Below, one piece after another: positions 19,151-29,546 of a DNA stretch of 64,000 nucleotides. The notes below the pieces were generated by a model. It ran no database searches. It was not told the DNA's origin and saw only the letters and a program-made list of their open reading frames with translations. Position 1 is the first letter of the stretch; every line of letters starts with the position of its first letter. The position numbers were made by a program, and so were the translations under genes. Location: IMG/VR virus record IMGVR_UViG_3300024255_001088, one strand, 5' to 3'. The DNA is from a virus.

Positions 19151-19885
19151 ATGTCCCTAGAAATAGTCAAGGTAGATAAACCTTTTACTATTAAAGACTT
19201 TCCTTTAGGAAATAAAGTCTATGTAATAGACAATTACTTAGAAACTTCTATACATCGATGGATTCATCGTAAAACTTCTGAGGGTCCTAGGTGGTCTAAA
19301 CAAAATCAAGTAAACGCACAACATCCCACAGGTTTACCTCATCATCAACTTTGGGGTGCATCATTCTTTAAAACAGATGATTATGGTAATCCAAAAATGG
19401 AATATGGGGAAACAAGCGACACTGTAGAACATGCTAAATGGTTGAACAGAAGAATATGTACAGACTTTGGTTTTAAATGGAAAAGATTTCAGTATATGGG
19501 AACCAATTCTCAAACTCATGGTCAACATGGTACAACTCATTGTGATTGTGATGAACAAGATGAATGGAACCTATCATTTCTATATTACTATAATAAATTC
19601 TGGAATCCTGCATGGGGTGGAGATTTAAGATTTTATGATAAAGGTGTTTATCAAGCCGGTTTAGATGGAAGAGAAGAACACATAGAAAAACATTCTATAG
19701 GAAGTATAGAGTTTAAACCAAACAGATTGTTAATGTTTGATGGAAGAATACCACATGGTGCAGATGCACCAACAGAACGAGCTCGATATGCAGATAGATG
19801 TTCTATCGTACTTAGGGGTGACGAGATAGAACTAGTAGATAAGGAAGAATTATATAATGCCAACGATAGATTTCACTACATTTAA
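19151..19885 (+). CDS. 2OG-Fe(II) oxygenase (prolyl-hydroxylase-like)
   Basis: HxD (HCD), 'W.P.WGG.L.F', 'PNRLLMFDG.IPH', distal Arg. Confidence 0.85.
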   Translation: MSLEIVKVDKPFTIKDFPLGNKVYVIDNYLETSIHRWIHRKTSEGPRWSKQNQVNAQHPTGLPHHQLWGASFFKTDDYGNPKMEYGETSDTVEHAKWLNRRICTDFGFKWKRFQYMGTNSQTHGQHGTTHCDCDEQDEWNLSFLYYYNKFWNPAWGGDLRFYDKGVYQAGLDGREEHIEKHSIGSIEFKPNRLLMFDGRIPHGADAPTERARYADRCSIVLRGDEIELVDKEELYNANDRFHYI

Positions 19886-20693
19886 CGAAGAGAGTCTTAG
19901 AGACTGGAAACCAGTTCTTGCTAAATCGTTAAGTCCTGATTGGTGGAAAAAAATGAAAGTCTTTCAACACGATAGAGGACAAAGAATACAGACTATTCGT
20001 GCTTGTCCGGCAATGGACGATTGGTTAAAATCTGGTTGGTACATTCTTGCAAATAGAGATATGGAAGTTGTTTTTGATAACGGCAAAACATATACTCAAG
20101 AATTTGGTAAAAAGGTGGCACAATCTCAAGCATCTCCTTCTCATCCTGCAGCTCAGTTTGCACACTCATTCAGTTATTTAGGAGAAGAAGGTCCAATTAA
20201 AGATGCATTTAAAATGAGAAATGCTTGGAATATAATAACGCCAAAGGGTTATTCTTGTTTCTATTTAGACCCCTTTTTATTTCAAAACAATCATTTTGCA
20301 ACATGGCAAGGTGTTATAGATACAGATGACTTTAATATCAATCAAGACAATTCACAAATTATTTTCTATCCTAAAGTTAGTCATTCGTTTGTTATACCAA
20401 AAGGAACTCCCCTAGTTCAAGTTATACCTTTTAAAAGAGAAGAATGGGTATCGACTTATCAGTTAAAAGACACTGCTGGATGGCACAAAGATAGAACCGA
20501 AGATAGAGTACAAGAACTTCCTAGCATGGACCAAGTAAACAGAGAGAAGTACGATAAACTATTAAAAGAGAAACCCAACAATATGGGTGCATATAGAAGT
20601 GAAGGACATTGGAAACAAAAAGGTAAGAATTTCAAAGAAATGGAACCTCCACCAGAGTGTCCATTTCATAAAGGAGAAATAGATGGCGATTAA
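19857..20693 (+). CDS. Conserved phage hypothetical protein
   Basis: 'TIRACPAM.D', 'W.I.TPKGYS', 'GVIDTD', 'GTPLVQVIPFKR' motifs, commonly found beside oxygenases in T4-like phages. Confidence 0.6.
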   Translation: MPTIDFTTFNEESLRDWKPVLAKSLSPDWWKKMKVFQHDRGQRIQTIRACPAMDDWLKSGWYILANRDMEVVFDNGKTYTQEFGKKVAQSQASPSHPAAQFAHSFSYLGEEGPIKDAFKMRNAWNIITPKGYSCFYLDPFLFQNNHFATWQGVIDTDDFNINQDNSQIIFYPKVSHSFVIPKGTPLVQVIPFKREEWVSTYQLKDTAGWHKDRTEDRVQELPSMDQVNREKYDKLLKEKPNNMGAYRSEGHWKQKGKNFKEMEPPPECPFHKGEIDGD

Positions 20694-21393
20694 ATTATTT
20701 AGTCCAGCAGTAATTTGTATTAGAGAATGGTTATATAATCCAGAAGACAAAGTAGAAGGATTGACGCCAGAGTATTTTCAAATGTTGAAGGATGAAATGG
20801 ATGCTATGAGAACTAGAGACCGTGAAGGTAGAAGCAGGTCTAATAAAGGTCTTGGTTGGCAATCAAACGATGGTATCGATAACAATCCCATATTCAATAA
20901 GTTGATGAGACAAATTAAAAGAACAGTGTCGGAAGAGATTATGGGTTATTGTGGATTCGAAAAAGGAACTGCTCAATGTGTTATGCATAACTCATGGGGA
21001 AACATAAACTATCCAGGTGGATATAATGCACCACATTTACATAATGGTTGTACTTATTCTGGTGCATGTTATATTAGGGCAGACGGAGACGAGGGAGATA
21101 TTAAGTTTATAGAAACAACTAAACACTATGTTGGAATGGCTCTATCTTCACCTAGAATGGAAGAATCTTGGGGTTGGCAACCAAAAACTGGAGACATACT
21201 TTTATTTCCTAGTGGCACCATGCATCTGGTTGAACCAAACACGACAGATAAAGATAGATATAGTATATCGTTTAATATAGAGATTTCTCAACCCAATGGA
21301 GAAATTCTTATTGAAGAGAATGGCGAAGAATGGCATAAAGAAAACATGGGTTTAGTATTCAGAACAGATAGATTTGGTAAGTTGATACAGTAG
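20683..21393 (+). CDS. Putative 2OG-Fe(II) oxygenase (TIGR02466-like)
   Basis: 'W.NIN..G.YN.PHLH...SG..Y', 'LFPS...H.V', 'R.SISFN'. Confidence 0.8.
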   Translation: MAIKLFSPAVICIREWLYNPEDKVEGLTPEYFQMLKDEMDAMRTRDREGRSRSNKGLGWQSNDGIDNNPIFNKLMRQIKRTVSEEIMGYCGFEKGTAQCVMHNSWGNINYPGGYNAPHLHNGCTYSGACYIRADGDEGDIKFIETTKHYVGMALSSPRMEESWGWQPKTGDILLFPSGTMHLVEPNTTDKDRYSISFNIEISQPNGEILIEENGEEWHKENMGLVFRTDRFGKLIQ

Positions 21394-21413
21394 TTAGTTT
21401 CATAAATAACACT

Positions 21414-21674
21414 ATGGATATAGTCATAGACCCACACTTACTTTGGAATATTGTTCTTACTGTTGTAGTAGTTCCTGTCGGATGGATGATTCGAGGAATC
21501 TTTGCTGAACAAAAGAGAATGGATATTCTTATCAATAAAACAAGAGAAGAAATCGCCAAGGATTATGTCACTAGAGAACAGATGGAGAAGTCTTTTCAGA
21601 GAATTATCGACTCTATAGAGCGTATAGATGAGAAGATAGATAGACTACAAACAAAAACTTTTTTCCAAGATTAG
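21414..21674 (+). CDS. Small membrane-anchored coiled-coil protein
   Basis: N-terminal hydrophobic helix followed by heptads. Confidence 0.6.
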   Translation: MDIVIDPHLLWNIVLTVVVVPVGWMIRGIFAEQKRMDILINKTREEIAKDYVTREQMEKSFQRIIDSIERIDEKIDRLQTKTFFQD

Positions 21675-21712
21675 AATTCATATAAATAGTAGTATAAACA
21701 GGAAATACTACT

Positions 21713-22528
21713 ATGGCAACTCCAAACAGCAAAGCAACATTTAAAGAGTACATCAAAAGAAAACTTGGTGCACCTGTTCTGGAAATCAACATCGATGAAG
21801 ACCAGTTTGATGATAGAATAGACGAAGCACTTCAATACTTCTACAATTATCATTACGATGGAACGATTAAATGTTATCTAAAACATCAAATGACCGCTAA
21901 CAAAAAAACTCAAATGAAGAGTGATGAATCATTCACTGAGAACGCAGCTGGTACTCACGCATATTCAGACGAACAATTCAAACAACAACAAAATTATATT
22001 GTTCTTCCAGAGTTTGTTATGGCAGTTATGAACATATTTCCATTCAATGATAAGTCAGCACTCAACATGTGGGACATTAGATATCAGTTAAGATTGAATG
22101 ATTTATATAGTATGAACGCTACTAACATGTTGCACTATGAAATGGTTCAACAACAGATTCAAACAATGAATCACATTCTTATTGGTAGAACACCAATTAA
22201 TTACAATCAACATCAAAACAGATTATACTTACACATGGATTCAAACTTTGTACATGAAGGTGAGTATATTGTTATTGAATGTTATAGAAAGATAGACCCA
22301 AATAACTTTACAGATGTGTACAACGACATGTGGTTAAAAAAATATGCAACAGCATTATGTAAATATCAGTGGGGAGAGAACTTATCTAAATTCTCAGGTA
22401 TCGCATTACCAGGTGGTGTGACACTAGATGGACAACAGATGAAACAAGAGGCACAAGAAGAAATAACAAGACTCGAAGAAGAGGCAAGACTAAATCATGA
22501 CATGTTACCCATGGACATGATGGGTTAA
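21713..22528 (+). CDS. gp13: Neck protein
   Basis: 'RKLGAPVLEINI', 'LPGGVTLDG'; synteny. Confidence 0.92.
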   Translation: MATPNSKATFKEYIKRKLGAPVLEINIDEDQFDDRIDEALQYFYNYHYDGTIKCYLKHQMTANKKTQMKSDESFTENAAGTHAYSDEQFKQQQNYIVLPEFVMAVMNIFPFNDKSALNMWDIRYQLRLNDLYSMNATNMLHYEMVQQQIQTMNHILIGRTPINYNQHQNRLYLHMDSNFVHEGEYIVIECYRKIDPNNFTDVYNDMWLKKYATALCKYQWGENLSKFSGIALPGGVTLDGQQMKQEAQEEITRLEEEARLNHDMLPMDMMG

Positions 22529-22534
22529 TAAATT

Positions 22535-23386
22535 ATGGCAACAAATGTATTTTTTAATCATGCAGTAAATTCTGAACAACATCTCTATGAAGATTTAGTT
22601 GTTGAGTCTTTAAGAATGTATGGTCACGAGACAATGTATCTACCTCGACAAGTTATCGAAGAGGATAGTATACTCAATGAAGATGTGCAATCTAAATTTG
22701 GTGATGCATACTCAGTTGAAATGTACATTGAAAATACAGATGGTTTCGAAGGCGAAGGCGACCTCATGTCTAAGTTTGGTTTACAGATTAGAGACCAGGC
22801 GACCTTTGTTGTATCATTAAGAAGTTGGGAAAGATTCATCTCACTAGACTCAAATCTCGCAACATCATTTAGACCAAACGAAGGAGATTTAATCTACTTC
22901 CCTCTTAGTGGTTCTATGTTTGAAATTAAATTTGTAGAACATGAAGACCCATTCTATCAAGTGGGTAAACTGTTTGTATTCAAACTAAGATGCGAACTAT
23001 TCGAATATAGTCAAGAAGATTTCGATACTGGAATTGGTGACATAGACTTGATAGAAGATGAACAAGCATACTCATTGAATATGACAATGAACAATGGTAA
23101 TGCAACAGACTATATTGCGAATGAAACTCTCGCACTCAATGGTACAGTTGTTGCAGAAGTTGTATCTTGGAATCAACCAACAAGTAAACTTCTCGCAAAA
23201 GATATCACAACAACACTACAAGTTGGCGATGTATTAAATGGTGCCAATGGCGCAACATTTACTATCTCATCTATAGACGATAGAATGACATTCAACAATG
23301 ATGCAGCCGCTCAGAACTTAGACTTTGAGAATAAAGATTCATCATACTTAGACTTATCAGAAACAAACCCATTTGGTGAACCATAA
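22535..23386 (+). CDS. gp14: Neck protein
   Basis: 'SKFGL', 'RPNEGDLIYFP', 'PFYQ.GK', 'E.NPFG'. Confidence 0.92.
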   Translation: MATNVFFNHAVNSEQHLYEDLVVESLRMYGHETMYLPRQVIEEDSILNEDVQSKFGDAYSVEMYIENTDGFEGEGDLMSKFGLQIRDQATFVVSLRSWERFISLDSNLATSFRPNEGDLIYFPLSGSMFEIKFVEHEDPFYQVGKLFVFKLRCELFEYSQEDFDTGIGDIDLIEDEQAYSLNMTMNNGNATDYIANETLALNGTVVAEVVSWNQPTSKLLAKDITTTLQVGDVLNGANGATFTISSIDDRMTFNNDAAAQNLDFENKDSSYLDLSETNPFGEP

Positions 23387-24423
23387 TGTTCGGTACATAT
23401 TTTTACAATGAAACTATTAAACGATGTGTATCAGTATTTGGCACGATGTTTAATAACATTCAGTTTAAGAAAGTTAAGGCAGACGGAACAGTCTTATCTT
23501 CTCCTATGGTGCCAATATCATATGGTCCTAAACAAAAGTTTTTAGATAGAATTGCTGAAGAGGCGAATCTATCAGATAGAAATAGGAGTGCAATATCGTT
23601 ACCAAGGATGGCATTTGAATTGACAGGTTTTGAATATGATGTTCAAAGACAACAGAACAAACTTATAAGGGCAGTCAAACCTGTAATGGAAACAAATGGC
23701 AAAAAGGGGTTTCAATATGCACCTGCACCTTATAATCTAAACTTTACATTATCTATTCTAACTAAGAATATGAATGATGCATTGCAAATCGTAGAACAGA
23801 TACTACCTTACTTTCAACCAGAATATACAGTCACCATGAAGATGGTTGATGATATGGCAGACCATAGAGATGTACCCATAATATTAAACTCAGTATCATT
23901 TCAAGATGACTATGAGGGTTCAATGGAAGATAGAAGAGTTATAGAATATACTTTAGACTTTACAATGAAGACATACTTCTTTGGTCCTATCTATACAGGC
24001 AATATCATTAAGAATGTTATTGAAAGAACTTATATTGGCGACAACTCTAATACATTCTCATCATCAACAATAGGTGCCTCAGGATTAGTCAAAGAGGTTA
24101 AACACTATGAACCTGCATTCCAAGAGTTATCAAATGCAGTAAGTAACCTAAACATAATCACCTTCCCTAGTGCAATAAATAGTAAGATAAGTGTAGGAGA
24201 TGAAGTATTTGGTACCAACTTAGATACCAATCCCACAATAACCACAATTGCAACTAACAGAGAACAAATAACAGTTTCGGCTGCTGTGAACATGACCGAT
24301 GCTAGTAATAAATTACTCTTTGTTGGTTCAGTCGATGCAGACGATACTTTCGTTGTTGCAGAGAATGTATCTTTCTATGACGATGGTGTCAAAGATGATT
24401 ATAGTGAAGAAGACAATAGTTAA
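23386..24423 (+). CDS. gp15: Tail sheath stabiliser/terminator
   Basis: 'FYNETI', 'VPISYGPKQKF', 'QIVEQILPYFQP'. Confidence 0.92.
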   Translation: MFGTYFYNETIKRCVSVFGTMFNNIQFKKVKADGTVLSSPMVPISYGPKQKFLDRIAEEANLSDRNRSAISLPRMAFELTGFEYDVQRQQNKLIRAVKPVMETNGKKGFQYAPAPYNLNFTLSILTKNMNDALQIVEQILPYFQPEYTVTMKMVDDMADHRDVPIILNSVSFQDDYEGSMEDRRVIEYTLDFTMKTYFFGPIYTGNIIKNVIERTYIGDNSNTFSSSTIGASGLVKEVKHYEPAFQELSNAVSNLNIITFPSAINSKISVGDEVFGTNLDTNPTITTIATNREQITVSAAVNMTDASNKLLFVGSVDADDTFVVAENVSFYDDGVKDDYSEEDNS

Positions 24424-24438
24424 TTATGAATGAAATAG

Positions 24439-24939
24439 ATGAAAATAATAGATAATGCATTAGACCAAAACTACTTTAATGAACTAGTAGATAAATTTAC
24501 CCATCCAAATTTTCCATATTTTTTAAATAAAGTCAATAGAGATAGTGATGAGATACAATTTATACATGCATTATACGCTGATAATCAACCTCAAAGTAAT
24601 GCATATGAATGGATTGAACCCATATTAGATGAGTTAAATGTTTGTTCTTTAATACGATGTAAACTTAATATGATGCCAAGAACTGATACAATTAAAGAAA
24701 ATGAATTTCATGTGGATATTCCGACTGCACCAAAAAATTTTAAAACTGCATTGTTATATCTAAATACAAATAATGGATACACTATGCTAAAAGAATCGAA
24801 TGAAATAGAAAATGTTAATAGTGTTGCAAATAGAATATTGATGTTTGATGGACATACACAACACACAGGTACAACCAATACATGTAGTAAAAAATATAGA
24901 CATGTACTGAATATAGACTATTTCGAGGCAATAACATGA
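24439..24939 (+). CDS. 2OG-Fe(II) oxygenase-like protein
   Basis: HVD, 'YLNTNNGYT', 'ANR...FDG...H', 'R.VLNI.Y'. Confidence 0.7.
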   Translation: MKIIDNALDQNYFNELVDKFTHPNFPYFLNKVNRDSDEIQFIHALYADNQPQSNAYEWIEPILDELNVCSLIRCKLNMMPRTDTIKENEFHVDIPTAPKNFKTALLYLNTNNGYTMLKESNEIENVNSVANRILMFDGHTQHTGTTNTCSKKYRHVLNIDYFEAIT

Positions 24940-25331
24940 ATGATATAGATGAAAAATTAGATGACCTTTTAAATATAGAATCGGACATCAAAGAAGAAAC
25001 AAAGATAGTTAAACTTCCTTCTCGACATGAGAACATGGAAACAGATTACAAATACGCTAGAGAAAATCTGTATGGACTCGTAGAAAGAGGACAAGATGCA
25101 ATCGAAGGCATACTACAATTATCAAAAGAAACAGAACACCCTCGTGCATACGAAGTTGCAGGTCAGTTAATTAAAACAGTAGGTGAAACAGCAGAGAAAC
25201 TTATAGATTTACAGAGTAAATTGAAGAAGTTAGAGGGCGAAGAACAACAGAAGATAGGACAACAACACAATCATTTGTATGTTGGGTCAACTTCTGAATT
25301 ACAAAAGTTCCTTAAGAAGAACAAAGACTAA
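24936..25331 (+). CDS. gp16: Terminase small subunit
   Basis: 'DY.YARENL', 'HPRAYEV', 'VGST.ELQK'. Confidence 0.9.
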   Translation: MNDIDEKLDDLLNIESDIKEETKIVKLPSRHENMETDYKYARENLYGLVERGQDAIEGILQLSKETEHPRAYEVAGQLIKTVGETAEKLIDLQSKLKKLEGEEQQKIGQQHNHLYVGSTSELQKFLKKNKD

Positions 25332-25334
25332 AAT

Positions 25335-26918
25335 ATGGTTCAAGCGAAGAACGAAGGTTACTTAGGTAACAATTTAATCAAAAGAGCAGGTGTAGAAACA
25401 AAGTATACACCAGAACAGATAGCAGAATATCAAAAATGTTCTGAGGATCCTTGTCACTTTATACAAAATTATTGTCAGATTATATCACTAGATGAAGGTC
25501 TAGTACCGTTTAAACTTCGTGGATATCAAGATAAACTCATAAATCATTTTAATGACAATAGATTTAGTGTCATTCTTGCCGCCAGACAGAGTGGTAAGTC
25601 TATAACATCTTGTGCATATCTTTTATGGTATCTATTGTTCACTCCAGAAGTCACCACAGCGATTCTGGCGAACAAAGGTGCGATTGCCAGAGAGATGGTG
25701 TCTCGTATTGTAACCATGTTGGAGACCGTGCCATTCTTCTTACAACCAGGCGTAAAGATTCTAAACAAAGGAAACATCGAGTTCGGCAATGATAGTAAAC
25801 TGGTCGCAGCTGCTACATCTTCATCGTCTATTCGTGGTATGTCAATTAACATGTTGTACCTTGATGAGTTTGCTTTCGTAGAAGATGCGGAGACATTTTA
25901 TACTGCTACATATCCTGTTGTCACATCTGGTAAAGATTCAAAAGTTATTATCACATCTACTGCAAATGGTGTGGGTAATATGTTTCATAAGATATACGAA
26001 AGTGCTATACATGGCCAATCAGAGTATAAATCATTCACTATTGGTTGGCAAGATGTACCAGGTCGTGATGAAGAGTGGAAGAAACAAACTATTGCAAACA
26101 CCTCAGAGGCACAGTTCGAACAAGAATATGGCAACAGTTTCTTAGGTACTGGTAACACTCTTATCAATGCAGATACATTATTGGGTATGAGAGCATTAGA
26201 TGGCGAATGGAAAAAAGATGGTTTAATAGTATATGATACGCCAAAAAAAGACCATAACTATGTTGTAACCGTTGATGTATCACAAGGCAGAGGGTTTGAC
26301 TATTCTACTTTTAGTATCTTTGATGTATCTCAAAGACCATTCAAACAGGTTTGTACATATAGGGATAACATGATTAGCCCCATGCTGTTTCCGGATTTAA
26401 TAAATAAGTACTGTAGTAGATATAATGAAGCACTTGTAATAATAGAAAACAATGCAGAGGGTTCAATGGTCGCTACACAATTGCACTATGACATAGAATA
26501 TCCAAATGTCTTTGTGCAAGGCATGACACATGCGAAAGATATCGGCATAACAATGTCGAGAAAGATTAAGAGAGTTGGTTGTTCCACTTTAAAGGAACTA
26601 CTAGAAGAAAACAGACTATCTGTAGTAGATAGAGCAACGATTACAGAACTTATGACATTTGTTAATAAAGGTTCTTCTTTCGAGGCAGACAGAGGTTATC
26701 ATGACGACATGGTAATGAATTGTGTACTCTTTGCGTGGTTTGTAACCACAGAGTTCTTCACACACCTAACAGACACCGCTGTTAAAGATTTATTGTATTC
26801 TGAACAACAGAAAATGATAGAAGATGACATGTTACCAGCGGGAGTATTTGGGGACCAAGATGGAGACGAATCATTTGTTGACGCTAGTGGCGACAGATGG
26901 TACTCTAAGGGTTCTTAG
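25335..26918 (+). CDS. gp17: Terminase large subunit
   Basis: 'RQSGKS' Walker A, 'YLDEFAF' Walker B, 'HDDMVM'. Confidence 0.97.
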   Translation: MVQAKNEGYLGNNLIKRAGVETKYTPEQIAEYQKCSEDPCHFIQNYCQIISLDEGLVPFKLRGYQDKLINHFNDNRFSVILAARQSGKSITSCAYLLWYLLFTPEVTTAILANKGAIAREMVSRIVTMLETVPFFLQPGVKILNKGNIEFGNDSKLVAAATSSSSIRGMSINMLYLDEFAFVEDAETFYTATYPVVTSGKDSKVIITSTANGVGNMFHKIYESAIHGQSEYKSFTIGWQDVPGRDEEWKKQTIANTSEAQFEQEYGNSFLGTGNTLINADTLLGMRALDGEWKKDGLIVYDTPKKDHNYVVTVDVSQGRGFDYSTFSIFDVSQRPFKQVCTYRDNMISPMLFPDLINKYCSRYNEALVIIENNAEGSMVATQLHYDIEYPNVFVQGMTHAKDIGITMSRKIKRVGCSTLKELLEENRLSVVDRATITELMTFVNKGSSFEADRGYHDDMVMNCVLFAWFVTTEFFTHLTDTAVKDLLYSEQQKMIEDDMLPAGVFGDQDGDESFVDASGDRWYSKGS

Positions 26919-26988
26919 ATATTATAAATATATAAATAAAAGTGTAAACAACTTTTACAATGTAAAAATACATTAACAGGAGAAAAGT

Positions 26989-28992
26989 ATGGCATTTCAA
27001 GTTTCACCAGGCGTTCAGGTCAAAGAGATTGACTTATCGAATGTTGTTCCAGCAGTATCCTCAACAAGAGGTGGATTCGCTGGCGTATTCCAATGGGGAC
27101 CTGTTGATGAAGTAAAAACAGTTTCAGATGGACAACAACTAGTTGAAGAATTCTACAAACCAGCAGACACAAACGCCTCTGTTGAAGACTTCTACACTGC
27201 CGAGTCTTTCCTGAGATATGGTTCTTCATTATCAGTAGTTAGAATTTCTAACACTGGTTTATTCAACGCAAACCAAACAGGAAACTCAGCAACATTATTA
27301 AAAAATTCAGACGACTATGTAAACACCTATAAATCAGGTGGGGCAGCAGGTACAGTCGGTAAGTGGGTTGCAAGACACGCTGGGGCTTTAGGTAATTCTA
27401 TTAAAGTTCACATGTGTGCTTCTTCAAACGCATATTTCAATGACGCTGCTACCGCAGTCAACAATGGGTCAGGCTACGCAATTGGTTCAACATCAGTTGT
27501 AGTAGATTCAGGCGCCGCTGTTATAATTGGCGACATCATTAAGTTCGCAAATCACACAACTCATTATCAAGTAGTTGGTATTTCAACAAATACATTGACA
27601 TTTAAGGCATTAAATCAACCCGCTGGGACTGGTCTTACAAGTGCTCTTGTTGATGATGAATCAGTTGATAGATATTGGGAACATTACGCATTATTCGACA
27701 AAGCACCAGGAACATCAGCAGGGGCCACATCAGTTGGCGCAGTAAATGATGAGATTCACCTTGTTGTTGAAGATGAAGATGGTCTATTCACAGGCACTAA
27801 AGGCGCTGTGTTAGAGTCATTCTCATTCGTATCACTAGGGTCAGATGCAAAGAATTCTACAGGTAATTCAAACTACTACAAAGATGTAATCGAAAGAGAA
27901 TCAAAGTATGTTTGGTGGTCAGGTCACTCAACTGCAACAGACTTAACAGTCTCAGAAAACAGAACATTACAGGCTTCAGTCGGTAATGTCTTCACAAGAC
28001 CTGCTCTTCCTGAAATCTCATCACTAACAGGTGGTGCAGATGGTCGTGCAAACCCAACAGTTGGTCAAAAGACCGATGCATGGGACAAACATTTCTCAGA
28101 TGCAGAAACAATAGATATGGCTTTCTTAGTCGTTGGGTCAACATCCAGTGACGCTGGGGGTGGTTCAGAGGGTGCTCAAGATACTCTTGCAGACCACAAT
28201 TCACTAGTAAACAGTGCAATACAAATTGCAGAATCAAGAAAAGACTGTTTAGTAGTTGCATCTCCAAGAAGAACTTCAGTAGTTGGCGTATCAAGTGAGT
28301 CAACACAATCAACAAATGTTAAGGCAGATTACGCATCATGCACATCTAGTTCTTACGCAGTATTCGACAGTGGTTGGACTTATCAATACGAGAAGTACAA
28401 TGACAAATATTGTTGGGTACCTGCATGTGGACACACTGCTGGAATTATGGCAAGAAGTGACTTACTTCAAGACCCATGGTTCTCGCCTGCTGGGTTCTCA
28501 AGAGGACAATACTTAGGTATCACTAAACTTGCTTTCAATCCGAAACAGTCAAGTAGAGATGACCTATATCGTGCAAGAATTAATCCAGTAGTTACCTTCC
28601 CAGGACAGGGAACAGTACTATTTGGAGATAAGACTGCATTAACATCACCTTCCGCATTTGATAGAATAAATGTACGAAGACTATTCATCACTTTAGAAAA
28701 GGCAATATCAACTGCCGCTAAGGCTCAATTGTTTGAATTTAACGATTCATTCACAAGGGCTCAGTTTAGGGCTGCTGTAGAACCTTTCTTAAGAGATGTT
28801 AAAAACAGAAGAGGATTAGTAGATTTCTCAGTCGTTTGTGACGAAACAAACAATACCGACTCAGTGCAAGATAGAAACGAATTTGTATGTTCTATCTTCT
28901 TGAAACCTTCTAAATCAATTAACTACATAACTTTAAACTTTGTTGCTGCTAGAAGTGGTGTTCAGTTTGAAGAAATTTACGGCGCAGTATAA
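26989..28992 (+). CDS. gp18: Tail sheath protein
   Basis: 'SPGVQVKEIDL', 'WFSPAG', 'FDRINVRRLF'. Confidence 0.97.
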   Translation: MAFQVSPGVQVKEIDLSNVVPAVSSTRGGFAGVFQWGPVDEVKTVSDGQQLVEEFYKPADTNASVEDFYTAESFLRYGSSLSVVRISNTGLFNANQTGNSATLLKNSDDYVNTYKSGGAAGTVGKWVARHAGALGNSIKVHMCASSNAYFNDAATAVNNGSGYAIGSTSVVVDSGAAVIIGDIIKFANHTTHYQVVGISTNTLTFKALNQPAGTGLTSALVDDESVDRYWEHYALFDKAPGTSAGATSVGAVNDEIHLVVEDEDGLFTGTKGAVLESFSFVSLGSDAKNSTGNSNYYKDVIERESKYVWWSGHSTATDLTVSENRTLQASVGNVFTRPALPEISSLTGGADGRANPTVGQKTDAWDKHFSDAETIDMAFLVVGSTSSDAGGGSEGAQDTLADHNSLVNSAIQIAESRKDCLVVASPRRTSVVGVSSESTQSTNVKADYASCTSSSYAVFDSGWTYQYEKYNDKYCWVPACGHTAGIMARSDLLQDPWFSPAGFSRGQYLGITKLAFNPKQSSRDDLYRARINPVVTFPGQGTVLFGDKTALTSPSAFDRINVRRLFITLEKAISTAAKAQLFEFNDSFTRAQFRAAVEPFLRDVKNRRGLVDFSVVCDETNNTDSVQDRNEFVCSIFLKPSKSINYITLNFVAARSGVQFEEIYGAV

Positions 28993-29003
28993 GGAGTAAT
29001 TAG

Positions 29004-29501
29004 ATGGCAAGTATAGACCAATTCAAAGCACAACTTCTAGGTGGTGGCCCAAGAGCTAACCGTTTTAGAGTTTTTATACCTAGAACAGGTAATAAGATTG
29101 AATTCTTATGTCAATCAGCACAGATTCCTGCTGCTACATTAGGTGTTGTTGAACAACAGTTCAGAGGACATGTTTTAAAACTCGCAGGAGATAGAACATT
29201 CGAACCTTGGACCGTGACAATTATTAATGATGTAGAATTCTCAGCAAGAACTGCACTAGAAGGATGGCAAACAGACATTCAAGAACTAGACAGTGGTGAA
29301 GGACAAACAAACCTTGACTACTTAGTAGACAGAGCATTTGTTGAACAATTAAACAAAGATGATTCCGTCCTTGCGAGATACGAATTCTTTAACATGTTTC
29401 CAACTAGTATTGGTGCGATTGACTTATCTTATGAGACAGTTGACACATTGGAGACATTTGATGTTGAATTCCAGTATTCGCATTGGGAAAGAGTCCTTTA
29501 A
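29004..29501 (+). CDS. gp19: Tail tube protein
   Basis: 'GG.R.NRF', 'AGDRTFEPW..T..ND'. Confidence 0.95.
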   Translation: MASIDQFKAQLLGGGPRANRFRVFIPRTGNKIEFLCQSAQIPAATLGVVEQQFRGHVLKLAGDRTFEPWTVTIINDVEFSARTALEGWQTDIQELDSGEGQTNLDYLVDRAFVEQLNKDDSVLARYEFFNMFPTSIGAIDLSYETVDTLETFDVEFQYSHWERVL

Positions 29502-29546
29502 AAATAAAGTGAAAATAGCACCATTTAGGGTGTTATAAATATAATT

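Noticed and set aside
3312-21393. Repeats as multi-core RiPP precursors (YxH motif) processed by the oxygenases
   Set aside because: No leader or protease-site pattern and no P450 or radical SAM enzyme. It would not explain the mirror register or the fibre context. Modification of the chains remains possible.
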